Position numbers and translations under genes: made by a program. A stretch of 64,000 nt of DNA from Patescibacteria group bacterium (GTDB lineage: Bacteria; Patescibacteriota; Patescibacteriia; UBA1558; GWA2-36-10). The stretch's first letter is position 1. Every line of letters begins with the position of its first letter. The notes below the pieces were generated by a model. That model did not search any database, was not told where the DNA came from, and worked only from the letters and a program-made list of their open reading frames with translations. Below are positions 21,041 through 31,309 of the stretch, one piece after another. The DNA lies in NCBI GenBank assembly GCA_018819405.1, contig JAHJQF010000001.1, forward strand, positions 226,097 to 290,096. The letters run 5' to 3'.

Positions 21041-21523
21041 ATGCTCAGCAATAAAGATAAATTTAATTTATTTATTCAAATAACTAAGCGATTAAATAAA
21101 GAACTGTTGGTGAATCCGATTTTATTTGGTTCACTAGGTCTTAGTTTATTATTAGTACAAGAGATTAAAGTTAATGATATTGATATTTTAATACCGAAAA
21201 AGTTATTAGAAAACAAATGGCAACAGATAATTAAAATAATGGAAGATTTTGGTTTTTATTTAAACAATGAAAATGAGCATCAGTTTTTGAAAGACGAGTA
21301 TGAAGTTGCTTTTGCCCAAGAAGATGATTTGGCAAAATTTATCGGTGATGGTGTCAGAGATTTTAAATTAGTCAAACAGGCGGGAGTAAATTATAGGGCA
21401 CTTAGCTTGGAACAATATTTATTGACTTATCAAACTTTACTTAGAGATAATTATCGGCAAGAAAAAAGAGGCACAGCCGATAAGGATAAAATAAAAATGA
21501 TAAAGAAAGCTCTTAATAGTTGA
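21041..21523 (+). CDS. nucleotidyltransferase-domain protein (Pol-beta superfamily)
   Basis: FGSLGLSLL..NDIDILIP hG[GS]...DhD motif. Confidence 0.5.
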   Translation: MLSNKDKFNLFIQITKRLNKELLVNPILFGSLGLSLLLVQEIKVNDIDILIPKKLLENKWQQIIKIMEDFGFYLNNENEHQFLKDEYEVAFAQEDDLAKFIGDGVRDFKLVKQAGVNYRALSLEQYLLTYQTLLRDNYRQEKRGTADKDKIKMIKKALNS

Positions 21524-21558
21524 TTTCTTTTACGTTGTTTTTTTGCTATAATAGAAAA

Positions 21559-22641
21559 ATGCAAAAAATAAAGGCAATAATATTGCCCCTTATCATATAT
21601 ACTCTTATATTTAATCCATTTTCTGTCCGAGCTCAAGAAACTCGAGACATTGTTTTTCCGATTGAAAGCGGCTGGGATTATAATTTTAATGATAGTTATG
21701 GTGATCCTCGCAGCGGTGGTCGCACTCATGAAGGAATAGATATTATGGTAGATCAGATGACACCACTGGTAGCCGCAGTAAATGGTAGAGTGTCATATAT
21801 AGTAGAGAGCGATAAAGGTTGGGGATTGGCAATATATATTGAGGATAGTGAAGGCTATTCATATAGATACTTACATATCAACAATGACACTCCTGGCACA
21901 GATGACGGCAAAGAAATTAGAGTTTATGCTTTTCCAAGTAATATAGTCAGAGGAGCGCAGGTGGCGGCTGGTCAGGTCATTGCTTTTGCCGGAGATAGTG
22001 GCAATGCTGAGTATGCTGGACACCATCTTCATTTTGAAATATGGACACCTAGTAGACAATCTATAAACTCATATCAATCCTTGATGGCGGCTCTTGGTCA
22101 GTCAGTAGCTACAGATGAAACGGAGGTATCTACGCCTACATATCAGTTTTCCAGAGATTTAGAATTGGGTGATGAAGGATTAGATGTCAAAGAACTGCAA
22201 AAATATTTGAATAGCCACGGCTTTGTGGTATCAACATCAGGAGCAGGCTCACCGGGCAATGAAACTATTTATTTTGGTCCGGCCACTCAAGCGGCTCTTA
22301 TAAATTTTCAAAAGGACAATGGTATTAGTCCAGCGGTCGGGTATTTTGGCCCACTGACTAGAAATGTGATAAATAGCAGTCAAGCAATCAGTAATAATAC
22401 AGTTACAGAAAATATTGGCACAATCAGCAATCCAGTAAACAATCAGTATTTGCAGGCTGGTTGGCTGGTCAGAGATAAAATATTGCCAAAAGTATTTTAT
22501 GTAGCTAATAATCTAGAACTACAGTGGATAGTCAGTGAAGAAGTAGCTGTCAGAGAGTTTGGTCCAAACTGGTATCTGACTATAAAATATTTTGATGATT
22601 TGGAGGGTCAAGGCTTTAGTTTTGGTGATTACTTACAATAA
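21559..22641 (+). CDS. M23 family metallopeptidase with peptidoglycan-binding domain; likely leaderless mRNA
   Basis: Signal peptide; GGRTHEGIDIM and HHLHFEI M23 motifs; PG_binding_1-like LGDEGLDVKELQKYLNSHGF; TATAAT ends 7 nt before the ATG. Confidence 0.8.
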   Translation: MQKIKAIILPLIIYTLIFNPFSVRAQETRDIVFPIESGWDYNFNDSYGDPRSGGRTHEGIDIMVDQMTPLVAAVNGRVSYIVESDKGWGLAIYIEDSEGYSYRYLHINNDTPGTDDGKEIRVYAFPSNIVRGAQVAAGQVIAFAGDSGNAEYAGHHLHFEIWTPSRQSINSYQSLMAALGQSVATDETEVSTPTYQFSRDLELGDEGLDVKELQKYLNSHGFVVSTSGAGSPGNETIYFGPATQAALINFQKDNGISPAVGYFGPLTRNVINSSQAISNNTVTENIGTISNPVNNQYLQAGWLVRDKILPKVFYVANNLELQWIVSEEVAVREFGPNWYLTIKYFDDLEGQGFSFGDYLQ

Positions 22642-22789
22642 AACAGCCGCTAGCGGTTGTTTTATTGTTTTGTCTTTACATTGACTAATTCCTTTTTTTG
22701 GGGCAAAATATAGGATATGCGCTTAGTTAGAAATTCTAATATTCTTTCTAATGAGGTGTATAAATTTGTAAATATTAATCTCTAATGAG

Positions 22790-24352
22790 GTGCAAAAGAC
22801 AGTTTTAATCACCGGTGGAGCTGGTTTTATAGGCTCTCATTTATGCGACTATTTTATAAATCAAGGGCACCAAGTAATTTGTGTTGATTCTTTTTTTTCT
22901 GGCAAAAAAGAAAATATTGTTCATCTTTTAGCTAACAAAAATTTTAAACTTATTAGACATAATATTATAGAAGCTATAAGAGAAAAATTTGATAGTCTTG
23001 ATGAGGTCTATAATCTAGCTTGTCCAGCTAGCCCGGTGCAATATCAGTTTGACCCAATTCTTACTATGCGTACTTCAGTTGATGGAACACGCAATATGCT
23101 GGATCTGGCTAGAAAGTATAATGCCAAGTTTTTACAATTTTCTACTTCAGAAGTTTATGGTGATCCACTAGAGCATCCACAAAAAGAAGAATATTTTGGT
23201 AACGTTGATCCACTTGGTAAGCGCTCCTGCTATGATGAAGGTAAACGGGCTGCCGAGTCGCTTTGTAAAGATTATCACGAACAATATGGAGTGGATGCTA
23301 GGATTATCAGGCTCTTTAATGTTTATGGTCCACGTATGATGTTTAATGACGGCAGAGTCATATCAAATTTTATTTTGCAGGCGGCACTTGGTGAAGATAT
23401 CACTGTACATGGTACTGGTCATCAGTCCAGAAGTTTTATGTATATTGATGATCTGATAGTAGCGGTTGACAGGCTTATGGTGTTGCCACAAGAGAGACTG
23501 GGTTTTATGCCAATCAATCTTGGTAATCCAGATGAAAGGACGATTGAAAGTTTGGCACAAAGTGTCAAAGATGCGGCTGGTAGTATTAGTAATATTGTTT
23601 ATATAAATTATGATAGTATTCCGGAGCGTTGGGGTGACCCCCAAAAAAGATGTCCGGACATCAGTCGGGCTAAAAAATTGCTTGATTGGGAACCGCAAAT
23701 TGATTTTGATGAGGGTCTTAGTAAAACCATAGTAGATTTTAAGAGCCGCTTGGGCAATCAGACAAAAGTAGTGGCTTTTGCAACTAGTTATTATCCGGTA
23801 GAAGGACCGGTTGAAAAAGCTGTAAAAAATATTACGGATGACCTTTTGGGTTATGAGGTAGATATGCTCGTTGCCAAAATGAAACCGGGTATAAAAAATG
23901 AAGAAAAGATAGGCAATGTAAATGTCTACAGAATTGGACTGGGTAATAATTTTGATAAATATCTTTTTCCTTTTATTGCGCCATTTCGAGCAATAAAATT
24001 ACATAAAAAAAGAGACTACCAAGCGGCTTGGGGTATTATGGCCAGCTATGGATCATTGGCGGCTGTAATATTTTCTATTTTATCAAATCGAGCTCTTTTG
24101 GTGAGTCTGTATGAAGGAACAATAAAAGATGAACGGGCTTTAAAAAGAAGGGTACTAAAGCCTTTTTACCGTTTGATATTTAAGAGGGCTCATTATATGC
24201 AGGTAGTTGGCGAGCTTAGTCAACAACAGCTGGCCTGGCTGGAGGATGATAGTACTACTGAGGGAGTGGATATGGAAAAAGGTTGGGAGTACGTTGCCAA
24301 AAAAACTAAGGAAAAATTTCAGGAACTTGAAATACTCAGTTCCCGTTTATAA
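22790..24352 (+). CDS. UDP-glucuronate decarboxylase / NAD-dependent sugar epimerase-dehydratase (N-terminal ~310 aa) fused to ~200-aa C-terminal domain of unknown function; GTG start
   Basis: VLITGGAGFIGSHL...YGD...YDEGKR SDR-extended motifs; long C-terminal extension without recognisable motif. Confidence 0.7.
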   Translation: MQKTVLITGGAGFIGSHLCDYFINQGHQVICVDSFFSGKKENIVHLLANKNFKLIRHNIIEAIREKFDSLDEVYNLACPASPVQYQFDPILTMRTSVDGTRNMLDLARKYNAKFLQFSTSEVYGDPLEHPQKEEYFGNVDPLGKRSCYDEGKRAAESLCKDYHEQYGVDARIIRLFNVYGPRMMFNDGRVISNFILQAALGEDITVHGTGHQSRSFMYIDDLIVAVDRLMVLPQERLGFMPINLGNPDERTIESLAQSVKDAAGSISNIVYINYDSIPERWGDPQKRCPDISRAKKLLDWEPQIDFDEGLSKTIVDFKSRLGNQTKVVAFATSYYPVEGPVEKAVKNITDDLLGYEVDMLVAKMKPGIKNEEKIGNVNVYRIGLGNNFDKYLFPFIAPFRAIKLHKKRDYQAAWGIMASYGSLAAVIFSILSNRALLVSLYEGTIKDERALKRRVLKPFYRLIFKRAHYMQVVGELSQQQLAWLEDDSTTEGVDMEKGWEYVAKKTKEKFQELEILSSRL

Positions 24353-24375
24353 TAAAATAAAAAAACAAAAACAAA

Positions 24376-24786
24376 ATGCCATTTAGACACGCTTGGAACT
24401 TTGCCAAAGAAAACAATAAACAAATCGCCAAGTATGCCACAGTTGGTTTGACAGCGGGCGTAGTTGATTTTTCAATTTTATTTATTTTGACTGATTTGGC
24501 AGGCTGGCATTATCTTGTTTCCGCCACATTTTCTTTTATATTGTCAGCTTTGGTAAATTATACTCTCAATCGTATTTGGACTTTTCGATCCAATGGAAAA
24601 CGCCGCAAGCAATTGCCGGTATTTTTTATTATTGCTACTTTAGGACTGCTCATAAACAACAATATGATGTATATATCAGTTGAGCATTGGGGGTTTCATT
24701 ATTTAGTTGCCAAAATTTTAGCTTCAGCTCTGGTTACTTTTTGGAATTTTTTTGGTAATAAATATTTTACTTTCAGGATAAAATAG
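24376..24786 (+). CDS. GtrA family membrane protein (polysaccharide synthesis)
   Basis: KYATVGLTAGVVDFSILFILTD...NYTLNRIWTF GtrA-like. Confidence 0.75.
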   Translation: MPFRHAWNFAKENNKQIAKYATVGLTAGVVDFSILFILTDLAGWHYLVSATFSFILSALVNYTLNRIWTFRSNGKRRKQLPVFFIIATLGLLINNNMMYISVEHWGFHYLVAKILASALVTFWNFFGNKYFTFRIK

Positions 24787-24815
24787 TTACTAGATTATGT
24801 TTGGGTTAAAAAAGA

Positions 24816-24852
24816 GACCCGCGGTCGAGCTAAGCTCGACCGCGGGCTTTTT
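24816..24852. terminator. bidirectional rho-independent terminator
   Basis: gacccgcggtcgagc-taa-gctcgaccgcgggc + TTTTT. Confidence 0.7.
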
Positions 24853-24859
24853 GGGCCTT

Positions 24860-25588
24860 TCAGTCTGGGTGTTGCCAGTCTAGGCTGTGTATGTAGGTGG
24901 CCAGTTGGAGAGAAAATTCTTCCAACTTGGCCTGGAAAAGGTCGCCATTGGGTGGCAACTGTTCGCTCTGGTGGAAGAACTCGACCAAAAGCGGTATAGA
25001 AAATTCGAAGAGCAGCTGCTTGGCCGTAGGATTGGGGGAAATCTGGCTAATCTTCTCGGCGCTATCGCCAAGAACCTTACCGAAGATTGATAAATCCGAA
25101 AGGCTGGTAGCTTCATGAAAAAAGATCAAGAGCTTTTCCTCTATGGATAAGCTCAGCCCATGTAGGCTAGCCTTTTTCTCGGAGCTGGACAACTCCAGCT
25201 TGCCTGGCCCGTATTGGTAATAGATGCGGCAGTAGCTGTAGTAGCTCGTGTCCTCGGCACAGTAGTATCCGTAGAAGGCAAAAGTCTGGGTGGAATCCAT
25301 CTGGGTGGGTATGGGGTAGTAGGGCTTATCCAGCAACCAGACAGCGTAGCTCTGGTCGTGGTAGCGGTTGTGGGCTGATAGTCCAGTCAATTGAGCTAGG
25401 CGGGCGGCATCTGGCCACTCGTTTTTTTCCTGGTGTTCTGCGATTGCTTGCTGGCAGATCGTCCTGGCAATAGAGCCGGTCAAAGCCCCAGCGCTTTCTG
25501 CTTTGCCGAGAGTGATCTTGCTGCTAGTGGCACAGCCAGTCAGCAGGCAGGCCATTATGATGATAAGGAACAGTTTAACACGATTCAT
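24860..25588 (-). CDS. hypothetical lipoprotein; high-GC islet
   Basis: Lipoprotein signal MNRVKLFLIIIMACLLTGC; AAGGAG SD; ~52% GC. Confidence 0.5.
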   Translation of the reverse strand: MNRVKLFLIIIMACLLTGCATSSKITLGKAESAGALTGSIARTICQQAIAEHQEKNEWPDAARLAQLTGLSAHNRYHDQSYAVWLLDKPYYPIPTQMDSTQTFAFYGYYCAEDTSYYSYCRIYYQYGPGKLELSSSEKKASLHGLSLSIEEKLLIFFHEATSLSDLSIFGKVLGDSAEKISQISPNPTAKQLLFEFSIPLLVEFFHQSEQLPPNGDLFQAKLEEFSLQLATYIHSLDWQHPD

Positions 25589-25684
25589 CGGATTCTCCTT
25601 CGTTTGTGGTGTTACAGGGTGAATGGCGATGGGGGAGGAAAACACTTTATATTATACATTAATTATGTTTTTGTCAAAAATAAT

Positions 25685-25715
25685 AAACCCGGCCGCGCTT
25701 GGCGCGGCCGGGTTT
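25685..25715. terminator. bidirectional hairpin terminator
   Basis: aaacccggccgcgc-ttg-gcgcggccgggttt. Confidence 0.65.
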
Positions 25716-25768
25716 ATTATTTATTTTATCTATATCATTTTTTTGAATTCTTCAGCCCTTCGCTACGC

Positions 25769-26740
25769 TCAGGATTTCGCCAATATTTTTTTAAAGTCCT
25801 CAACCATAGGGACCTGTTCGGATTCTAATCCATATCCTTGTGAAGTATAGTAGGCGGCCCAATCAGCTGTCAGGGCACTGGCAAATATTTGAAACCATTT
25901 ATTTTTGCCAGATAGTTTTAGGTTGGTGACAGGTAGTTTCCTTTTTTTGTATAGCTTGTCCATGACCTGCATTCTTTTTTGAATCTGTTTATGGTCATTG
26001 TCATCATGAATAAATATAAAAGAAAAATTTTTGGAAAGACTTTTGGTAGTAGTTGCCACATCAAATCCGGTCATTTCATTGTGGTTCATTTCCGGCAGGA
26101 CATTATAAAAAGCAGGAATTTTTCCGGTTTCATTAAATTTTATTTTCCATAAATAGGCTAATATTTCATTATTGGTAGAGGCATATATCACAGGAACTTT
26201 ATTTTTTAATGATTTAGCCAATTTTTTGCCGCGAGTTTCGTAGCTTTTACCTTTCAAAGTCGTGGCCAAAGTACTGAGCTCTTTATATAATTTGTTTTGG
26301 TTCATAGCTTTGAGCATGGCTAGAGTATTAAAACCCAAGGCGCATCGAGGCTGGATACCAAAATTTGGCATTTGGATATATGGCAAATTATTTTTTTTGG
26401 CAAAAGATATTAATTTACCGCCAGTGGCAATGACTATAATATTTAATTTTTTTTGCTGAGCTTTTTTTAGGCCATCTAAAGACTCCTCGGTATTGCCAGA
26501 GTATGAATTGGCAATTATTAAGTATTGTTTGAGCTCTTTGTCAGACATTGCCGGCAATCCATAGTCTTTGTGAGTAATAATATGTATATTAGGAGCGACA
26601 CTGTTTATAATACCTTGGGCTTGAGCTGAACCACCCATGCCAAGGACGATAAAACGGTCAGATTTTTTGTAAGTTTTTTTATTTTCTATAATGGGTTGAT
26701 ATTCAAATTGTTTTTGAAAATCTAAAAATACTTGGCGCAT
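25769..26740 (-). CDS. bifunctional phosphoglucose/phosphomannose isomerase (SIS domain)
   Basis: IVLGMGGSAQAQ SIS motif; ~320 aa archaeal-type PGI/PMI size. Confidence 0.65.
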   Translation of the reverse strand: MRQVFLDFQKQFEYQPIIENKKTYKKSDRFIVLGMGGSAQAQGIINSVAPNIHIITHKDYGLPAMSDKELKQYLIIANSYSGNTEESLDGLKKAQQKKLNIIVIATGGKLISFAKKNNLPYIQMPNFGIQPRCALGFNTLAMLKAMNQNKLYKELSTLATTLKGKSYETRGKKLAKSLKNKVPVIYASTNNEILAYLWKIKFNETGKIPAFYNVLPEMNHNEMTGFDVATTTKSLSKNFSFIFIHDDNDHKQIQKRMQVMDKLYKKRKLPVTNLKLSGKNKWFQIFASALTADWAAYYTSQGYGLESEQVPMVEDFKKILAKS

Positions 26741-26744
26741 ATAG

Positions 26745-27722
26745 TTATTTTTTTAATATTTTTAAGGCAGCGTTTACTATATTTGGATAACTGAGTCCAT
26801 ATTTATCCCAAAGATCTTTTGGCTCACCAGATTCACCAAAGCTATCACGAACACCTATCATCATAGTGGGTACTGGAAAATTTTCGGCCAACATTTCTAC
26901 TATTGCTGAGCCCATGCCGCCGGCTACTTGGTGATCTTCCACAGTGATCAAATGTTTGGTTTTTTTGACACTACGCAATATAGTGGCTTTATCCAGTGGC
27001 TTGATAGTGTGGCAATTTATTATTTCTACAGAAATATTTTTTTTCTTTAACTCTTTTTCGGCTAAGAGCGCTTCTTCTAAAATTGGTCCACAGCCAACAA
27101 TGGTTAAATCCTTACCAGTTTTAAGTATATTAGCCCGGCCTATTTTAAAAGGAGGATTATTTGAAGTTATCTCAGCACTAGCTTGCCTAGCAAAACGAAT
27201 ATAAACTGGCCCTTTTATTTTGGCCGCCATAATGGTTGCTTTTTTAGTTTCATTGTAATCAGCTGGGGCAAGTACTGTTATATTTGGCAAAACTCTCATC
27301 AAAGCTATATCTTCTAAAGCCTGATGACTAGCGCCATCTTCACCGACTGAAAGTCCGGTGTGAGAGGCAATTATTTTTACATTGGCCTTTGAATAAGCAA
27401 CACTTACTCTTATTTGATCCCAGTTTCTTCCCGGATTAAAAACGCCAAAGCTAGTGGCATAGACTATTTTATCGGAAAAAGATAGCCCAGCGGCTACACC
27501 CATCATATTTTGTTCGGCTACACCCACTTCTACAAAGCGATTAGGATATTTTTTGGCGAATTTATCTACCCTAGTTGATTCAGCTAAGTCAGCTGACACT
27601 ACTATTACATCTTTATTTTTTTTACCTAGTTCTAAAATACCGTCGCCAAAACCGTCGCGAGTGGATTTTTGTTTGATATTTTTTTCTATATATTTGTTTG
27701 GCATAATTATTTTGTTTGGCAC
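26745..27722 (-). CDS. transketolase, C-terminal subunit
   Basis: GVAEQNMMGVAAGLS...; split transketolase arrangement with upstream N-terminal subunit. Confidence 0.85.
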   Translation of the reverse strand: MPNKIIMPNKYIEKNIKQKSTRDGFGDGILELGKKNKDVIVVSADLAESTRVDKFAKKYPNRFVEVGVAEQNMMGVAAGLSFSDKIVYATSFGVFNPGRNWDQIRVSVAYSKANVKIIASHTGLSVGEDGASHQALEDIALMRVLPNITVLAPADYNETKKATIMAAKIKGPVYIRFARQASAEITSNNPPFKIGRANILKTGKDLTIVGCGPILEEALLAEKELKKKNISVEIINCHTIKPLDKATILRSVKKTKHLITVEDHQVAGGMGSAIVEMLAENFPVPTMMIGVRDSFGESGEPKDLWDKYGLSYPNIVNAALKILKK

Positions 27723-27775
27723 TTTCGAGCTAGACCAGATCCCGAGCTCTGAGTGTAGCCTAAGGGTTGGGGGGA

Positions 27776-28600
27776 TTAGATGGCGTTTTTTAATTCTTTT
27801 AAGGCTTTTTGGGCTTCATCTTCCTTAGGTGCTTTACCATGCCACTCATATTTATTTTCCATAAATTTTACACCTTTGCCCAAAGTAGTATGAGCAACAA
27901 TAGCTACCGGCCCTTTGGCTTGCTTAGCTTTTTTTAGAGCGGTTATTATTTGTTTTATATTGTGCCCGTTTATTTCTATTACTTGCCAGCCAAAGGCTTG
28001 GTATTTTTTCTTGAGAGAGCCAAGTGGCATTATATTTTTGGTATAGCCGTCAATTTGTATACCATTATTGTCAATTATAGTGATTAGATTATCTAGCCTG
28101 TATTTATTGGCACTCATTACCGCTTCCCAAAGCTGGCCTTCATTGTGCTCACCGTCAGAAGTGACACAATATATTTGATATTTCAGTTTACCCATTTTAG
28201 CTGCCAGAGCCATACCGACTGCTTGAGATATTCCTTGGCCCAATGGTCCAGAACTTGTCTCTATTCCAGCCAGACTACCATAGTGTGGGTGTCCTTGTAA
28301 TTGTGAATTAATTTTTCTTAGACTTTTTAATTTTACCAGAGGGAAGTAACCGCTCCTAGCTAAACTAGAATAAAGAACTGGCGCTATATGTCCATTGGAT
28401 AATATCAGTCTGTCACGATATGGATAGTCTGGCTGTTCTGGAATATGGTTTAAGATATAAAAATATAATACTGTAAAAATATCAGCCATACCCAAGGATC
28501 CGCCCGGATGACCTGATCCAGCACGATATGTCATCTCTATAATATCCTGACGAATTTGATTAGCTAGAGTTTGTAATTGTTTTATAGTTAGCTTAGCCAT
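27776..28600 (-). CDS. transketolase, N-terminal (TPP-binding) subunit
   Basis: GSGHPGGSLGMADIFTVLY, GHPHYGSLAGIETSSGPLGQGIS. Confidence 0.85.
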   Translation of the reverse strand: MAKLTIKQLQTLANQIRQDIIEMTYRAGSGHPGGSLGMADIFTVLYFYILNHIPEQPDYPYRDRLILSNGHIAPVLYSSLARSGYFPLVKLKSLRKINSQLQGHPHYGSLAGIETSSGPLGQGISQAVGMALAAKMGKLKYQIYCVTSDGEHNEGQLWEAVMSANKYRLDNLITIIDNNGIQIDGYTKNIMPLGSLKKKYQAFGWQVIEINGHNIKQIITALKKAKQAKGPVAIVAHTTLGKGVKFMENKYEWHGKAPKEDEAQKALKELKNAI

Positions 28601-28745
28601 ATTTACCCTGTTAAATAATTTTTAAACAAAGTTTAAAAATTAAATTCAAATTTTTGTAGATTATATTTTATTATAAATTTAGTATATCAAAATTTGAATT
28701 TATTTAACAGGGTAAATTTTATCATATTTGCGTTATTAAATAAAT

Positions 28746-28775
28746 AAAAAAGCCCCGCATTGCGGGGCTTTTTTA
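28746..28775. terminator. hairpin terminator downstream of mscL
   Basis: aaaaaagccccgc-attg-cggggcttttttt. Confidence 0.65.
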
Positions 28776-29159
28776 TTTATTTTTTAATGAATCTCTTATT
28801 TCTCTGAGAAGCAGTATATCTTCTGGAGTTTCTTTGGGTTTGGCCTCTTCTTTTTTCTTTAATTTATTGATTTGTTTGACAGCTATAAATATAGAAAAAG
28901 CAATGATAATAAAATTTACAACTGTATTTATAAACAATCCGTAGTTGAGCGTAATAGCGTTAGAAGTTTCAGTGGCCTTTTTCAAAGTAATAGCCAATTT
29001 GGAAAAATTGACTCCTCCAGTCAGCACACCAATTGGTGGCATGATAATATCATTTACAAAACTAGTGACAATTTTGCCAAAGGCTCCGCCAATAATTACA
29101 CCAACCGCCATATCCATAACATTGCCTCGCATGGCAAATTTTTTGAATTCTTGAAACAT
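28773..29159 (-). CDS. mscL: large-conductance mechanosensitive channel
   Basis: [31 protein letters not shown]...; internal Met taken as start (ORF extends to 29258). Confidence 0.85.
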   Translation of the reverse strand: MFQEFKKFAMRGNVMDMAVGVIIGGAFGKIVTSFVNDIIMPPIGVLTGGVNFSKLAITLKKATETSNAITLNYGLFINTVVNFIIIAFSIFIAVKQINKLKKKEEAKPKETPEDILLLREIRDSLKNK

Positions 29160-29164
29160 AGATA

Positions 29165-29602
29165 TTAGTTTAATTCTATTTTTTTGTTTTTTAGTAAAAA
29201 TAGTCCGGATATAAATATAAGGGTAGAGGTAAGTGCTGATAGCATACAATACTGGCAAATAGCGTGTATTACAAATATCTGCAAGTAAACTAAATATAGA
29301 GAAAATACAAAAGCTATAATTGGCAGATAACCCAATACTTTAAAAGCTAATATATGTTTAGTATCCAAGTAAAATACGGCTGTCAAAAAAATAAAAAGAT
29401 AATAAGCCGCTCCAAACAGAGCAATAGGCAGACCAAAAATTTCACTGTACGGGCTAACTAGCACTTCCTGGCAGCCGGAAATAACCGAACAGGCAATATC
29501 TCCAGTATAATGCGATACTGTTAGATACAAGGCGTCAGCAAAGCCAATTAGGCCAAGCGTCAAAAAACCGTAGATTAGTTTATTGTTGTTTTTCAAGCTC
29601 AT
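29165..29602 (-). CDS. vitamin K epoxide reductase (VKOR) family membrane protein
   Basis: Four TM segments; CSVISGC and CQYCMLS CxxC motifs; overlaps upstream DsbA gene. Confidence 0.7.
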   Translation of the reverse strand: MSLKNNNKLIYGFLTLGLIGFADALYLTVSHYTGDIACSVISGCQEVLVSPYSEIFGLPIALFGAAYYLFIFLTAVFYLDTKHILAFKVLGYLPIIAFVFSLYLVYLQIFVIHAICQYCMLSALTSTLIFISGLFLLKNKKIELN

Positions 29603-30218
29603 TGTTTATTATTTGTCTAAATTTATCATAGCTCAGGGGATTTGCGATTTTTTGTCCATTTAAGAAAAAAGTGGGTGTGCCTTCTACGAGCGCCTGATTG
29701 CCGCTGATTTCATCATCGCGGATAGCATTTTTTATTTCTCGGCTATCCATGTCATTTTTAAATTTTTCTATGTCTAGACCAAGTTGGTTGGCATAATCTA
29801 CAAAAATTTGTTCTGGTTGTTGGGAGTTTGACCAAGTGGATTGATTTTCAAAAAGCAGGTCATGCATTTGCCAAAATTGTCCTTGTTGGCCAGCAGCTTC
29901 TGCTGCTTGAGCAGACAAATTGGCATAAGGATGAATTTGCTCCAATGGATAATGTCGGTAGATTATTTTTATTCTATCGCCAAATTCTTCGGCTAAAGAT
30001 TTGACATGACTATAGTATACTCCACAAGCGGGGCATTGAAAGTCACTATATTCTATCAAACTGACACTAGCGCTCTCATTACCTTTTATCCATTCTTGAT
30101 CAGTTAGTATTGTTGAACCTTCGTTGTTTGGTTTGGCAATTTGAATGATTATTAAGGTCAAAAAAGTTAATACTACAACAATCCCTGACCAAAAAAAGGC
30201 TCTTTGTTTTCCTTTCAT
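29580..30218 (-). CDS. DsbA-like thiol:disulfide oxidoreductase with N-terminal TM anchor
   Basis: Thioredoxin-fold CPAC active site (DFQCPACGVYYSHV). Confidence 0.75.
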   Translation of the reverse strand: MKGKQRAFFWSGIVVVLTFLTLIIIQIAKPNNEGSTILTDQEWIKGNESASVSLIEYSDFQCPACGVYYSHVKSLAEEFGDRIKIIYRHYPLEQIHPYANLSAQAAEAAGQQGQFWQMHDLLFENQSTWSNSQQPEQIFVDYANQLGLDIEKFKNDMDSREIKNAIRDDEISGNQALVEGTPTFFLNGQKIANPLSYDKFRQIINNELEKQQ

Positions 30219-30379
30219 ATATATAAATAATTTTAATAATAATTAATAAGTATATTTTACCTCGCACTACTTTCTTAGTCAATAAAACGGTACGAGGTAG
30301 CTATAATTTTTTGATAATAAAAAACTCCCCGTCCTTCTATTGTGTTTGGGACGGGGGAGTTTTGAAAAATTAATTTAAT

Positions 30380-31144
30380 TTATTTTAATATAGAATCAAG
30401 TGAAGCTTTTACACTATCAATTGGCAAAGCGCCAGGGATAGGTACTTTTTGGTCACCTGATATTATGATGCTATATGGAGTACCACGACCACCGGCGGCT
30501 TGAGCCTGACGAGATTGGTCTTGTACTTTAGCGGCATATTTTCCAGAATCCAGACAGCTTTGAAAGTCATTAGCATTCAATCCCATGTTGGATACTACAA
30601 CTCCCAAATCAGCAACCTTGGTTCCAGCTGCAAATACTTTATCCAAGAATTCCCAGAATTTATCATTACCACCTTGTTCACCTACGCACTCGGACGCTTC
30701 AGCTTTTTTGGCAGCTTCAGGATGAAGACTGGTTAGTGGGAAATGTCTATAGACCCAATTAACATCATTGCCGTATTCTTTCATTATTTCATTCATAGTG
30801 TCATGAAATCTTTGACAGAATGGGCAATCTATATCGGAAAATTCAATGATAGAGACCTTGGCATTTTTGTTGCCACGTATCCAGTCTTTGTCTTTATCAA
30901 CTGGCTGAATAGTTATAGCAGCGGCAGCAGCATTATCATTGGTGTTGGCATTTGCTATCTGATTGTTATTATTAGAGTTGGTATTTTTTCCTAAAGAAAA
31001 ATCTTTACCGTTGAGCATCATGCCCAATAAAACAAAGAACCCGATAGCAAACATTACTCCCAAGCCTGAAAGCAAGCCAGCTTTAAAAGCAGCCTTTGGC
31101 TTTAAGTTGTCTATTGGACCCTTGTTACTGTGATGTTGTTCCAT
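30380..31144 (-). CDS. second DsbA-like thioredoxin-domain protein (TM anchor, low-complexity linker)
   Basis: DCPFCQRFH CxxC active site; N-terminal TM; poly-N/A linker. Confidence 0.7.
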   Translation of the reverse strand: MEQHHSNKGPIDNLKPKAAFKAGLLSGLGVMFAIGFFVLLGMMLNGKDFSLGKNTNSNNNNQIANANTNDNAAAAAITIQPVDKDKDWIRGNKNAKVSIIEFSDIDCPFCQRFHDTMNEIMKEYGNDVNWVYRHFPLTSLHPEAAKKAEASECVGEQGGNDKFWEFLDKVFAAGTKVADLGVVVSNMGLNANDFQSCLDSGKYAAKVQDQSRQAQAAGGRGTPYSIIISGDQKVPIPGALPIDSVKASLDSILK

Positions 31145-31236
31145 ATTTTTGATTTTAGTTAATTATAAAGGTTTGTATATTATATCAACTTTTATTTTGT
31201 ATTACAAATATATTTTTTAGTTTGGGTTTATAAGGA

Positions 31237-31265
31237 TTGACAAAAATCAAAATTTGTGCTATCAT
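31237..31265 (+). promoter_or_regulatory. sigma70-like promoter (TTGACA-17-TATCAT)
   Basis: Near-consensus hexamers upstream of 31310 gene. Confidence 0.5.
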
Positions 31266-31309
31266 ACTGCAATATCCCACAAAGGGATGTTTTAATTTAG
31301 CCAAATTTT

